Shown: piece by piece, positions 8,789 through 18,364 of the stretch
Layout: each line of letters begins with the position of its first letter
Numbering within the stretch: the stretch's first letter is position 1
Position numbers and translations under genes: made by a program
The notes under the pieces: model-generated
What the model was told of the DNA's origin: nothing
Databases searched by the model: none
What the model saw: only the letters and a program-made list of their open reading frames with translations
Origin: Deltaproteobacteria bacterium
GTDB lineage: Bacteria; Myxococcota_A; UBA9160; SMWR01
Assembly: GCA_032128375.1 (NCBI GenBank)
Contig: JAQBGU010000063.1
Span: 23,382-87,381 of the forward strand
DNA length: 64,000 nt
Direction of reading: 5' to 3'

Positions 8789-9517
8789 GTGCACGACCCG
8801 AGACCGACACCCGAAGCGATACGCCGCGTCGCGATCCTTGCGCCAATGAGAAGCGAGCTCAGGCCACTCGTGAAGCTATTCAGCCTCACCCGGTCACGGG
8901 GGCGGGAAGGTCTTCTCCGGGGAGCTGCCGGCGGCATCGAGGTGGTCGCAACGCTCACCGGCATGGGTATGCGATCGGGAGCGCAGGCTGCCGAGCGCAT
9001 TCTACATGCGACGTCGCCCGACCATCTGATCGTCGTCGGCATCGCCGGAGGAATCGGCGGGAACGTCGCCATCAACGACTTGATCGTCCCGGAACTCGTG
9101 TTGAATCTGGAGACGGGCGAGAAGTTTCAGCCCACTCCTCTGGGTGTCGCGCGACAGCGCGGAACTCTTGCCTCGTCCGACGCGCTGCTCGAGGCGCCCG
9201 CTCAGGCCAGGAAGCTGAATGATCAAGGGGTGATCGCGATCGATATGGAGACCGCCGCCATTGCTGCCGTCTGCGAACGACGTGGCTACCCGTGGTCGGT
9301 GTTTCGAGCGATCAGCGATCGGGCCGATGACGGAAGCACGGATGCGGCGGTACTCGGCCTCGCCGACTCCGAAGGCAACCCGAACCTGGCAGCGGTGGCC
9401 CGCTTCGTGCTGACGCGACCTCAGCGCATTCCACAACTGGTGCGCCTCGCGCGCGGCGCGAATGCGGCCACCCGGACGGCCGCCCTCGCCGCGTTCGATG
9501 CTCTGCATCGCGATTGA
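8789..9517 (+). CDS. Nucleoside phosphorylase (PNP_UDP_1) family protein, HpnG / MTA-SAH nucleosidase-like
   Basis: TGMG, GIAGG, IDMETAAIA, FRAISD, and an HpnG-like C-terminal GNPNLAAVARFVLTRPQRIPQLVRLAR. Confidence 0.8.
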   Translation: MHDPRPTPEAIRRVAILAPMRSELRPLVKLFSLTRSRGREGLLRGAAGGIEVVATLTGMGMRSGAQAAERILHATSPDHLIVVGIAGGIGGNVAINDLIVPELVLNLETGEKFQPTPLGVARQRGTLASSDALLEAPAQARKLNDQGVIAIDMETAAIAAVCERRGYPWSVFRAISDRADDGSTDAAVLGLADSEGNPNLAAVARFVLTRPQRIPQLVRLARGANAATRTAALAAFDALHRD

Positions 9518-9667
9518 CCGACTATGTCGGCTCCGAAGCCTGGGTCGCCCCTCGGCGCCGACCGTGCCCGAATCCGTCGTCTGCGCGGTGACATGGCGAT
9601 GCCGATCATGCCTGGATGTCGATCTCGCGCGCGCCACGGTCAAGCCTGGTAGCGTCTGAATCCAACC

Positions 9668-10120
9668 ATGGACTACTTCGACCCCACCTCCTACGCGTAC
9701 TGGAAGACAGTTGGAGTCGCGGTGCTGTGCGGCGGCATCGTCGGTCTCGAACGGCAACTTCGCGGCAAGCCGGCGGGCGTTCGCACCAGCATCCTGATTT
9801 GTTTGAGCACAGCTGTATTCATCAATCTCGGCGCGGCGCTCACGGGTGAGCGCGCGGATCCGACTCGCGTACTCGGAGCGCTCGTGACCGGAGTCGGGTT
9901 CCTGGGTGCGGGAGTCATGTTCTCGCGCGAGGGCGTGGTTGTTGGTGTAACGACGGCGGCCGTGATCTGGATACTCGCCGCGATCGGCGTCGCGACAGGG
10001 CTCGGACGCTTCCACGGCGCGATCGCATTGTCTCTCACCACGGTCGCGGTTCTTGTCGGTATCGAGCTGCTCGAGTCCAGTGTCAAGTGGCTCGCCCGCG
10101 GCGTGCACCGGAGGACGTAA
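9668..10120 (+). CDS. MgtC/SapB family membrane protein
   Basis: GLERQLRGKPAGVRT, DPTRV, TGVGFLGAG, GVTTAAVIW. Confidence 0.92.
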   Translation: MDYFDPTSYAYWKTVGVAVLCGGIVGLERQLRGKPAGVRTSILICLSTAVFINLGAALTGERADPTRVLGALVTGVGFLGAGVMFSREGVVVGVTTAAVIWILAAIGVATGLGRFHGAIALSLTTVAVLVGIELLESSVKWLARGVHRRT

Positions 10121-10233
10121 GCTCAGGCGCGCACTGTCACTTGGAACACTGAGATGGAACCAGCGCGGCAGCCTTTTGCCGTGTGCGCCCGACGCGGACA
10201 CTGGATAGCCTGCGCGCTCCCAATCAATCGGAC

Positions 10234-11302
10234 ATGAAATCCATGCGCATCATCAACAGCCCGACGATTCCCCTCGTTCTGCTTTGCTGTGCCTTCATCG
10301 GCGCGAACACGTGCCCGCCACGGCGCAGTCCGTCGACCGTGCCGCGCTACGCCAGACCGCCAAGGCAATCTTCCAAACTCTCCCCGACGAGGCCGCAAAC
10401 CCGGCGAATCCCACGAGCGACGCCAAGATCGCGCTCGGCCGAATGCTCTACTACGAAACGCGCCTGTCGAAGAATCACGATATCTCGTGTAATAGCTGCC
10501 ACGGCCTGTCCAGCTGGGGCGTAGACGGCGAGCCCACATCCCCGGGCATCGCGGCCAGCGCGGCGGCCGGAATTCTCCCAGCGTCTACAACGCGGCATTC
10601 CATGTGGCCCAATTTTGGGACGGCCGAGCTGCGGACGTCGAAGCGCAGGCCGGCGGGCCGATCCTCAATCCCATCGAGATGGCCATGCCCGACGAAGCCA
10701 GCGTCCTCGCCGTGATCGGGTCGATTCCCGATTATCCGCCGTTGTTCGCCGCCGCTTTTCCGGACGACGCCGACCCCGTCAGCTATGCCAACCTCGCACG
10801 CGCTATCGCCGCCTTCGAGCGCCGGCTCGTCACGCAGGGACGATTCGACCAGTTCCTCAACGGCGACGATGCGGCCCTGACGGATGCTGAAATGCAAGGC
10901 CTCCAGACCTTTGTGTCCACCGGATGCATCACCTGCCACATGGGGCCGACGATCGGTGGCTCGATGTACCAGAAGCTCGGACTCGTCGAGCCCTACCCCA
11001 CCAAGGACAATGGCCGCGAAGACGCGACCGGCAACACCGCCGACCGCGGCTTTTTCAAGGTCCCGTCGCTGAGAAACATCGCGGAGACCAGTCCCTATTT
11101 CCACGACGGTTCGATAGCGACATTGGATGACGCCATCCGCCCGATGGCCAAACACCAGCTCGGAAAGACCCTGGACGCTGCGGAGGTGAGTGCCATCCGA
11201 AATTTCCTGCTTGCGCTCACTGGCGACGTCGATGCCAATTACATCGCCATGCCCGTGCTGCCCCCGAGCGGGCCGACCACACCCGCGCCCGATCCGAACT
11301 AG
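10234..11302 (+). pseudogene. Di-heme cytochrome c peroxidase, two frameshifts (about 10305-10316 and 10541-10546)
   Basis: The signal peptide, the LGRMLYYETRLS...SCNSCH segment and the [11 protein letters not shown]...QFWDGRA...GCITCH...FKVPSLRNI...PYFHDG segment lie in three successive frames. Confidence 0.85.
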
Positions 11303-11369
11303 GAGTCCGACCCAAGATGGGTCGGACGACGCGGCGGAAGCCTTCGCCGCGCAGCGGCGAACGCGCAAC
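11303..11369. repeat. Structured intergenic repeat (REP-like), copy 2
   Basis: Hairpins GTCCGACCC-AAGAT-GGGTCGGAC and TTCGCCGC-GCA-GCGGCGAA directly after the peroxidase stop. Confidence 0.85.
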
Positions 11370-11461
11370 GAACTGCCGATTCGACGGGCGACGCCGCCGT
11401 GCGGAAATCACCGCCCGGTCGATCGGCGAAGCCTCAAGGGAATTTGGCCCTCGTCCGATTC

Positions 11462-12346
11462 ATGGACATGCGAGGTCGTATTCGCGCACTCCAGAGCGCC
11501 TTGTGGAAGCTCCCGCCGGTGGAGGCGTTTCGCAACCGGAAGCGAGCCGGACGAGAAGCGATCGACTTCGCGCAGGCGCCCCCAGGTGAGATACCCATTC
11601 TCGTCTACCAGATGACGAACGTGGGATCCTTGACTGTGGTCCGGACACTCGAGTCCATTCGGCTCGATCGAACCGTGCACCACGTACACCACATGACGGC
11701 CCCGAAGACCCGGACCGGAATTCGTCGCCATCTACCGGTCGGAATTGGGCTTCCGTACGATTCATTGCTCGGTCACGCGCTCGGCGACAAGATTCGGCAA
11801 GCCGACTCCCCTCAGATCCCGGTCATCACGCTGGTCCGCGACCCGATCGCGCGAGAACTCTCCGAATGCGTCCAGGCCGTCGTCGCAGACCCGAGCCTGC
11901 GGGGTGACGCTGGGCTCGACGCCGATCGGGTGCTGCAATACCTGGAGCGACGCTTTCGTCTCGAGAGTGTATGTCAAGGAGCGAAAGCCTGGTTCGATCA
12001 GGAAGTCAAGCAGATGCTCGGTATCGACGTATTTGCCTTGCCGTTCCCGAAGCAGGCCGGGTATGCGATGTATCAATCGAGGCGGGCTCGCGTTCTACTG
12101 CTGCGCATGGAAGACTTCGATCGAGTGCTCGGACCGGCACTCGCCGAGTTTCTCGACCTGCACGAGGTACCCAAAATCGTTCCGGCGACCGCCCCGGATT
12201 GCGACGAATACAACAGCGTAGTGGAGAAATTCCGTCTTCCCCGGGCCGAGGTCGAGCGCGTCTACGCAGACCGCCTCACGCGGCACTTCTACCCAGCCGA
12301 GACCATCGAACGCTTCACCGAACGCTGGACGCGCCCGATTCCCTGA
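11462..12346 (+). CDS. Putative capsular polysaccharide synthesis family / sulfotransferase-like protein
   Basis: ILVYQMTNVGS (family motif usually YQMGKVGS), VITLVRDPIARELS, WFDQEVKQMLGIDVF, HFY. Start uncertain. Confidence 0.7.
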   Translation: MDMRGRIRALQSALWKLPPVEAFRNRKRAGREAIDFAQAPPGEIPILVYQMTNVGSLTVVRTLESIRLDRTVHHVHHMTAPKTRTGIRRHLPVGIGLPYDSLLGHALGDKIRQADSPQIPVITLVRDPIARELSECVQAVVADPSLRGDAGLDADRVLQYLERRFRLESVCQGAKAWFDQEVKQMLGIDVFALPFPKQAGYAMYQSRRARVLLLRMEDFDRVLGPALAEFLDLHEVPKIVPATAPDCDEYNSVVEKFRLPRAEVERVYADRLTRHFYPAETIERFTERWTRPIP

Positions 12347-12368
12347 GTTCGCACACTGCCCTGCCCCC

Positions 12369-13211
12369 TCAATCTTCGTCGTGTGCTTCCTTGACGCGGT
12401 AGTCGCCGAACGGCTCGTCTCGTTGCTGTAGCGCTTGCTTCAGACCCTGCTTGCGCGTATTCGCCATGAACTCGTGCATGCTCTTCTGGTGTGTACCGAG
12501 CGCGCACAATTCGGAGCCCAAGCGGATTCCAGTGTGCAGTCCCATGATTTCCATCTGCCGGTGGACGACACGCTTGTTCAATTGGACCAGATCGGGTGGT
12601 ACTCCAACCACGCGCTTGGCGACCTCGAGAACCTTCTGTTCCAGTTGATCGGCCGGATACGACGCGTTCGCCCACCCCAACGCGGCTGCTTCGATACCGG
12701 AAATCGAATCGCCGGTAATCATCATCTCCATCGCCTTGCGCATACCCACGAACCAGGCGTGAAAGTGATTGTCCGGAACCCCAAATCGGACTGCCGGATA
12801 CCCCATTTCCGCATCGTCGGCCATGTAAACCAAGTCGCAGCAGGTGGCGAGTTCGCTGCCACCGGCGAGGCAGTAGCCGTGCACTTGTGCGATCACCGGC
12901 TTGCCGAGTTCCCAGATGCTCATCCATCCTTGCGTGACGCGTCGCGGCCAATGGCCATCACCACCTGGCGTATACCACGGATATTCCTGGCCCTCGTTAC
13001 CAGCACCCAGCTCGTAGCCGGATGAGAAGCATTTCCCAGCTCCGCGAACGATCATCACGCGGACCTCGGGATCCGCGTCTGCGGCTTTCAGCTCCTCGAT
13101 GATGCCACCGCGTAGCGCGTGGTTCAGCGCATTGCGTTTTTCGGGCCGGTTCAATGTAATCCGACGAACTCCGGGAGCCGGATCGTCGACCAGGACGACT
13201 TTCGAACTCAC
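12369..13211 (-). CDS. Enoyl-CoA hydratase/isomerase family protein
   Basis: ITLNRPEKRNAL, FSSGYEL, KPVIAQVHGYCLAGG. GGAGG RBS. Confidence 0.95.
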   Translation of the reverse strand: MSSKVVLVDDPAPGVRRITLNRPEKRNALNHALRGGIIEELKAADADPEVRVMIVRGAGKCFSSGYELGAGNEGQEYPWYTPGGDGHWPRRVTQGWMSIWELGKPVIAQVHGYCLAGGSELATCCDLVYMADDAEMGYPAVRFGVPDNHFHAWFVGMRKAMEMMITGDSISGIEAAALGWANASYPADQLEQKVLEVAKRVVGVPPDLVQLNKRVVHRQMEIMGLHTGIRLGSELCALGTHQKSMHEFMANTRKQGLKQALQQRDEPFGDYRVKEAHDED

Positions 13212-13390
13212 TGGGTTTCCTCCAGGGCGTGTCGATAAAAGTAGGGGACGCCGACGGTAGCAGCGAACTCGGCGGAATCGGCGACTCGGTAGCGCAGCCA
13301 GCCCAAAACTGCGGCGTTGCCGGCTTGTCGGTTCGGCGTGCTAAATACAACCCAGAACGGATGGCGGACAGCAGACTCAGGGGGAATTCG

Positions 13391-13783
13391 ATGCAAAGAA
13401 TCGTGCGAATCGCAGCCGCCGTTCCCGGTGTGCTCATGCTCATCACGGGTCTCCAGTGGCTACTGAGACCCGAGTCGGCCGCGCAAGGGTTGGGTATGCC
13501 ACTACTCGAAGGGGTGGCCCGCAGTACGCAGATCGGAGATCTGGGCGCATTCTTCTTCGCCACCGCCGCGATGATCCTGCTGGGCGCAATCCAGGCCAAC
13601 GCCCAATGGCTCTGCGCTGCGGCCATGCTGCTCGGTGGCGCGGCGTTGATGCGAACCGCCTCGTGGATGCTCCACGGTGCAGCATTCGCGACCCGGTTCG
13701 TCGTGGCCGAAGTGGTGATGACCGCGATCCTGCTCGTCTGCGCATCGAAAATCGATCCGGATCCAGACGTCGCGCACCGTTAG
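13391..13783 (+). CDS. Small 4-TM membrane protein (DUF4345-like)
   Basis: Four hydrophobic segments, GLGMPLLEGVARSTQIGDLGAFF. GGGGA upstream of the ATG. Confidence 0.7.
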   Translation: MQRIVRIAAAVPGVLMLITGLQWLLRPESAAQGLGMPLLEGVARSTQIGDLGAFFFATAAMILLGAIQANAQWLCAAAMLLGGAALMRTASWMLHGAAFATRFVVAEVVMTAILLVCASKIDPDPDVAHR

Positions 13784-13803
13784 TTCGGTCCGATCGTGCC
13801 GGG

Positions 13804-16380
13804 CTATGCCCCGATCGGACCGATTTCCTCTGGCACGCTGACCACACAGATGTGTGAGATGTCGGCCGACGAGCGCCCGACGCGGAGTTCGTACGAGCCC
13901 GCATCGATGTACCAGCCCTGCTCGGGTCGCCTGGCGGAACCCGCGCCGGGCCCCATGGCCGCCATCGCGAAAAGCCGCGCCCGCACCAATTCGTATCCTG
14001 GATCGGCTGGATCCCAGTGTGCAAACGCGCGTGGTCCGAGTTCGAATGTCGCATCGGATGTCTCGCCCGGATCGAGCCACAGCTTCGCGAACGCGCGCAG
14101 CTCGAACGACGGTCGAAACAGGCTCGGGTGCTTGGGGGCTACGTAGCACTGCACGACTTCGCAGCCTCGGCGCAACCCCGTGTTCGTGACCGGAACTGCG
14201 ACCGAGATCGGATCGCCGCAGTACGCATCGGCCGATAGCCGAGGGATGCCGATCTCGAAAGTCGAATACGATAGACCGTGACCAAACGGGAAGCGCACAG
14301 GCAGTTCGCGCGTCGAGTACCAGCGATAGCCGACCAACAATCCCTCCCCGTAGCGAAGCTCGGAATTCTCGCCCGCGAAATTCCCGAACGCGGGGTTGTG
14401 CTCCTCGCGCAACGGCAGTGTCGTCGGTAGGCGCCCGCCCGGTTCGGCCGAACCGAGCAAGACATCGACGAGCGCGTCGGCCATCTCCTGGCCACCGAAC
14501 CAGATCTGCAGGATCGCAGCGGCCTGGTCGCACCAATCCATTGCGACTGGCGAGCCGGTGTTCACGCACACGACGCTGCGCGGGTTCGCCGCACAGACAC
14601 GGCGAATCAACTCGTCCTGTTCGCCCGGAAGCTGCATCGATTCGCGGTCGCGCCCCTCAGTCTCCCAGTCGCCGTTGGTTCCCACCACCAACACGGCAAC
14701 ATCCGCTGCAGCGGCGGCCGCGACCGCACGCTGCATCATATCTTCGGGCAAGGGCGGGCGATGCCCGACCACCACTCCGCGCAAGAGTCTTGCGCTGCCA
14801 CAGGTGAAATCGATCGACAACTCGACCGGCCTGCCCGCGAGCAGTTCGACCGCTGCCTCTATTTCGCGACTCCCCATACCGAAGAACGCCGAGCCGGGTC
14901 CCGGTGGGCTCTCGATCCCGTCGAGCACGATGTCGCCATCGATCTGGACTCGAGCCAATCCGGCTTGAATCAGTGTGAACGTGTGAACGCCCGATTCAGT
15001 CGGCGTAAACGTCCCGACCGCTCGAAATGAGAAATCCTGGGGGACGCCCTCACCCGGTGGCCCGAAAAACAGGATCTGTCCGTTCCGATTCGAACCCAGA
15101 TGCACCGGTTCGCCTTGCCAATCGACGTTTCCGAAAAACGCGATCTCGAGTCCAGTGCTGGCGTCGGGCTTCATCAGAGAATCGGCGTGGAGCGGAGGAA
15201 CGGATTTCTCGGTCCAACAACCGCGCTCGTGGGTGATCTCGACAGTCTCGCCGAGTCGCTTGCGCAGCGCCTCCAGCGGAGTCACTTCGTAGTGTGCGCG
15301 CAGCGTGGCGGAGCCGCCGCCCATGATGTGACAGCGGTCCGCGTTCGGACCGATCAGCGCGATTCGCCGCAAGCCAGCGGTCGCGAGCGGGAGCAACTCC
15401 TCGTTTTTCAGCAGCACCATCGAATCCGTCGCCACTTCACGGGCGAGTTCGCGGTGTGTGGGCAGATCGATGCTGCGTTCCGCCTGTTCTTGACGAGAAC
15501 CTCGAACAGAGTCGATAGCATCGTCGAGTGCGCCCAGGCGTTTCCAAACCCCGAGCATGCGCGCGACCTGATCGGTGACGATCGATTCATCGAGTTCGCC
15601 GGCCCGTACGGCCTCCGCGAGTGCCGCGCCGAAGAAACGTCCGGGGCCAGGCATCTGCAGGTCGAGACCCGCCCGGGCCGAATCGAGCGTAGACCCGACC
15701 GAGAACCAATCGGTCAACACGAATCCCTCGAAGCCCCACTCGTCTCGGAGCACGCGGGTCAACAGCCACGCGTCCTCTGAACAGAACGTTCCGTTGAGTC
15801 GGTTATAGGCCGTCATGATGCCAAGCGTGCCGCCTTCTTTTACCGCCAGCTCGAAGGGCACCAGATAAATCTCCCGCAGTGTCCGCGCATCGACGACTGA
15901 ATCGATCGTGTTGCGCTCGTGCTCGGCGTCGTTCGCGACAAAATGCTTTGCCGTGGTTGCGACTCCTTCAGATTGCACACCGCGCACGAACCCCGCCGCG
16001 ATCTTTCCCGACAGCAGCGGATCCTCCGAGTAGCACTCGAAATTCCTGCCGCCCAGCGGTGACCGGTGAAGGTTTATCGTGGGTGCGAGCAATACCCGAC
16101 AAGCCTTCGTCCGCGCTTCCTGGCCTAGCATCACACCGATGCGCTCGATCAGCGACGGGTTCCAGGTCGCCCCCAACGCGGACCCGCACGGAACACAGAC
16201 GGCGGTGGCATCCCCGACGCCCAGCAGCGACGAACCGCGCGCGCCGTTGGGACCATCGGTCACGCGGATCGATGGAAGATCGAGCCGCGCGATGGCATGG
16301 GTGGACCACATGTCCGCGCCGGCGGTCAAGTGCGCCTTCTCGTCGAGCGTGAGCTCTGCCAGAGCCTTTTCGAGGTCCAT
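13804..16380 (-). CDS. Glycoside hydrolase family 3 beta-glucosidase with PA14 and Fn3-like domains
   Basis: TDGPNGARG, GGRNFECYSEDP, KHFVAND, VLTDW nucleophile, SMVLLKN, FPFGHGLSY. Confidence 0.95.
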   Translation of the reverse strand: MDLEKALAELTLDEKAHLTAGADMWSTHAIARLDLPSIRVTDGPNGARGSSLLGVGDATAVCVPCGSALGATWNPSLIERIGVMLGQEARTKACRVLLAPTINLHRSPLGGRNFECYSEDPLLSGKIAAGFVRGVQSEGVATTAKHFVANDAEHERNTIDSVVDARTLREIYLVPFELAVKEGGTLGIMTAYNRLNGTFCSEDAWLLTRVLRDEWGFEGFVLTDWFSVGSTLDSARAGLDLQMPGPGRFFGAALAEAVRAGELDESIVTDQVARMLGVWKRLGALDDAIDSVRGSRQEQAERSIDLPTHRELAREVATDSMVLLKNEELLPLATAGLRRIALIGPNADRCHIMGGGSATLRAHYEVTPLEALRKRLGETVEITHERGCWTEKSVPPLHADSLMKPDASTGLEIAFFGNVDWQGEPVHLGSNRNGQILFFGPPGEGVPQDFSFRAVGTFTPTESGVHTFTLIQAGLARVQIDGDIVLDGIESPPGPGSAFFGMGSREIEAAVELLAGRPVELSIDFTCGSARLLRGVVVGHRPPLPEDMMQRAVAAAAAADVAVLVVGTNGDWETEGRDRESMQLPGEQDELIRRVCAANPRSVVCVNTGSPVAMDWCDQAAAILQIWFGGQEMADALVDVLLGSAEPGGRLPTTLPLREEHNPAFGNFAGENSELRYGEGLLVGYRWYSTRELPVRFPFGHGLSYSTFEIGIPRLSADAYCGDPISVAVPVTNTGLRRGCEVVQCYVAPKHPSLFRPSFELRAFAKLWLDPGETSDATFELGPRAFAHWDPADPGYELVRARLFAMAAMGPGAGSARRPEQGWYIDAGSYELRVGRSSADISHICVVSVPEEIGPIGA

Positions 16381-16431
16381 GAGTATTCTCCAGGGTCGTG
16401 TGGGCGCTATCGAGTTGACGGTAGCTACTCC

Positions 16432-16909
16432 TTACGGAACGGAAAAATCCACCCGCCTCGCGCGTTGCTCAGTGACGGGCATCCGAGCTGCGATCAGGTC
16501 GCCCGCCCCTCGAGTAGTTGCGGAATCAACTGGTCGAGGGAAACGGGCAACATTTCGAACTGAATCTCGGGCTCACCACGCGTCGGTGGGTACTTGTCGT
16601 TCAGAGCGCCAACGAACGCTCGCACCATCTCGAACTGGTAGCCCCCCGGTTCTCCGTTCTGAATGAAGTAGTCGAACGAGTTCTTCGATGTGAGAACCCG
16701 CAGGTAGCGGTCGTGCAGTACGCGCTCGAGCCCCCCACATACTGTGCGGTGAGATGCTTACCCAATGGATGTGGAGCCTCTCGCGTCTTTTCGCCGATCT
16801 CGGTGACGCTGCTTTCGGGCTCGTTTCCACCGCAGCCCGCCGCGAGCCGCAGCCAGGCGGCGAACAGCCAGCTCGCAGCGGCACGTCTCCGGCGAGTGGC
16901 GAAGGGCAT
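16432..16909 (-). pseudogene. Truncated, frameshifted MltF-like lipoprotein (SBP_bac_3 domain of a lytic transglycosylase)
   Basis: Joining three frames gives LAAGC...GLERVLHDRYLRVLTSKNSFDYFIQNGEPGGYQFEMVRAF...PVSLDQLIPQLLEGR(G)DLIAARMPVTEQRARRVDFSVP-stop. Confidence 0.7.
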
Positions 16910-16923
16910 TGTGTGGATCCGAC

Positions 16924-16998
16924 CTCTACGGGCTCTCTCTACGGGCTTTCTCTACGGGCTCTCTCTACGGGCTCTACGGGCTCTACGGGCTCTACGGG
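16924..16998. repeat. Tandem repeat, CTCTACGGG x7 (13-bp period, then 9-bp period)
   Basis: Counted directly in the sequence. Confidence 0.95.
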
Positions 16999-17118
16999 CT
17001 CGATGGGCCCGCAACGCCACAGGCTCTGAAGTGAGGGTGCACGAACTCGATCGCGGTGTATGGTAGTGCCGAACGCGATGTGACAGTAGACCCGGGGCGG
17101 GAGGTGGATAGAGTGCGG

Positions 17119-17622
17119 ATGCTCAAGGCGTTGGCGGTAGCCGTTGGATCGTTGGTTCTCGTAGTGGGAGTCGGGATAGCGATGGCGCGGATGGGCGATG
17201 GCCCGATCATGATCATTCCCGGTGGCCCACTCATCGCAGGCGAATTGGTAACGGGTGATGAACCGGATTGGAGTTTCGCGCGAGATACCGACGTGATGGA
17301 ATTCCAATTGGAAAACCCGCCACAGTCTCGCGTCATCTGGCTGCTCGTCCACGACAAGAAGCTCTTCATCGTGAGCGGATACATGAACACGACCGTCGGG
17401 AAGGTGTGGAAGAAGTGGCCCGCGCAGGCCGTACTGGATGGACGGGCCGTGATCCGGATCGATGGAAAACGCTACGAGCGAACGGCTACGCGCATAGTCG
17501 ACGACCCCACTTTGATCGGCGCACTCGCGGCCGAAGCGAGCCGAAAATACGGCGTCGCGATGACAGCCGATATGGCCGACACCGGTGATGCCTGGTTCTT
17601 CGCGCTGACGCCTCGGAGCTGA
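17119..17622 (+). CDS. Exported or membrane-anchored hypothetical protein (split-barrel / DUF2255-like)
   Basis: N-terminal TM, DGPIMIIPGG, KKWPAQAVLDGRAVIRIDGKRY, WFFALTP. Paralog at 24814-25323. Confidence 0.7.
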   Translation: MLKALAVAVGSLVLVVGVGIAMARMGDGPIMIIPGGPLIAGELVTGDEPDWSFARDTDVMEFQLENPPQSRVIWLLVHDKKLFIVSGYMNTTVGKVWKKWPAQAVLDGRAVIRIDGKRYERTATRIVDDPTLIGALAAEASRKYGVAMTADMADTGDAWFFALTPRS

Positions 17623-17712
17623 AGACGCGATTTTCGGAGGTTTCGGAGACTTCGAAGCTTTCGCATCTGCACCTCGATCTCTCCGCGCGTACCGGTCACG
17701 AAAAGCTCCCCG

Positions 17713-18147
17713 CTACTGCGACTTGCCGGCCTCCTCGAGCTGGCGCATTTGTTCCCAACCCACGTAATGCGTGAAACCGGCGTCGCTGAAAAACAACACC
17801 GGACCGTCGCAGATGAACAGATACTCAGTGTCTTCGAGCGCGGTGGTCGTTTCGTGGACCATGCCGTTGGCTTCGTAGACGTAGTCGCCCGCTTCCAGAA
17901 TGCCGTCGCGAACTTCGAGTCGCCCCTTCAACACGAACGTGTGTGCCGCGCTCAAGTGCTTGTGCGCATCTGCGACATAACCTTTGTTCCAGCGGAACAA
18001 GGCCGCCCATCTGCCGGACTCGGCGCCGGTCCACAGCACCTTGATCCAGGAGGTCGCACCGGTGGCAACCCAATCCCGATCCTTGGCGGCGACGAGCGTA
18101 TCCATGACTTCGGAATTGAAGGGTGAAATGTCCTGCGGTAGTCCCAT
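17713..18147 (-). CDS. Cupin domain protein (2,4'-dihydroxyacetophenone dioxygenase / ChrR-like)
   Basis: HKHLSAAHTFVLKG, GDYVYEANGMVH. Confidence 0.85.
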   Translation of the reverse strand: MGLPQDISPFNSEVMDTLVAAKDRDWVATGATSWIKVLWTGAESGRWAALFRWNKGYVADAHKHLSAAHTFVLKGRLEVRDGILEAGDYVYEANGMVHETTTALEDTEYLFICDGPVLFFSDAGFTHYVGWEQMRQLEEAGKSQ

Positions 18148-18364
18148 GTCGTGTCCTCGCGTGCGAGCGGGAAGCCAAAGGGCTCCCGATTCCAATCCTT
18201 GAGGATAGGGGTTCTGACCCCAATCACCGGATCAGCGCTCCAGATTTCCGACCCGCAGACCGATACAGAGAGCGCGGTAGTTGGCCAGACATGCCGCTAC
18301 CGGATGATCGTCCCGTATTTCTCGGCCACGGTTTCCCGGTCACGCCCCCGAGATAGGAATTGCG

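Noticed and set aside
16924..16998. Possible CRISPR or iteron array
   Set aside because: Units are 9-13 bp with no unique spacers, and no cas or rep gene is nearby; this is a simple tandem repeat.
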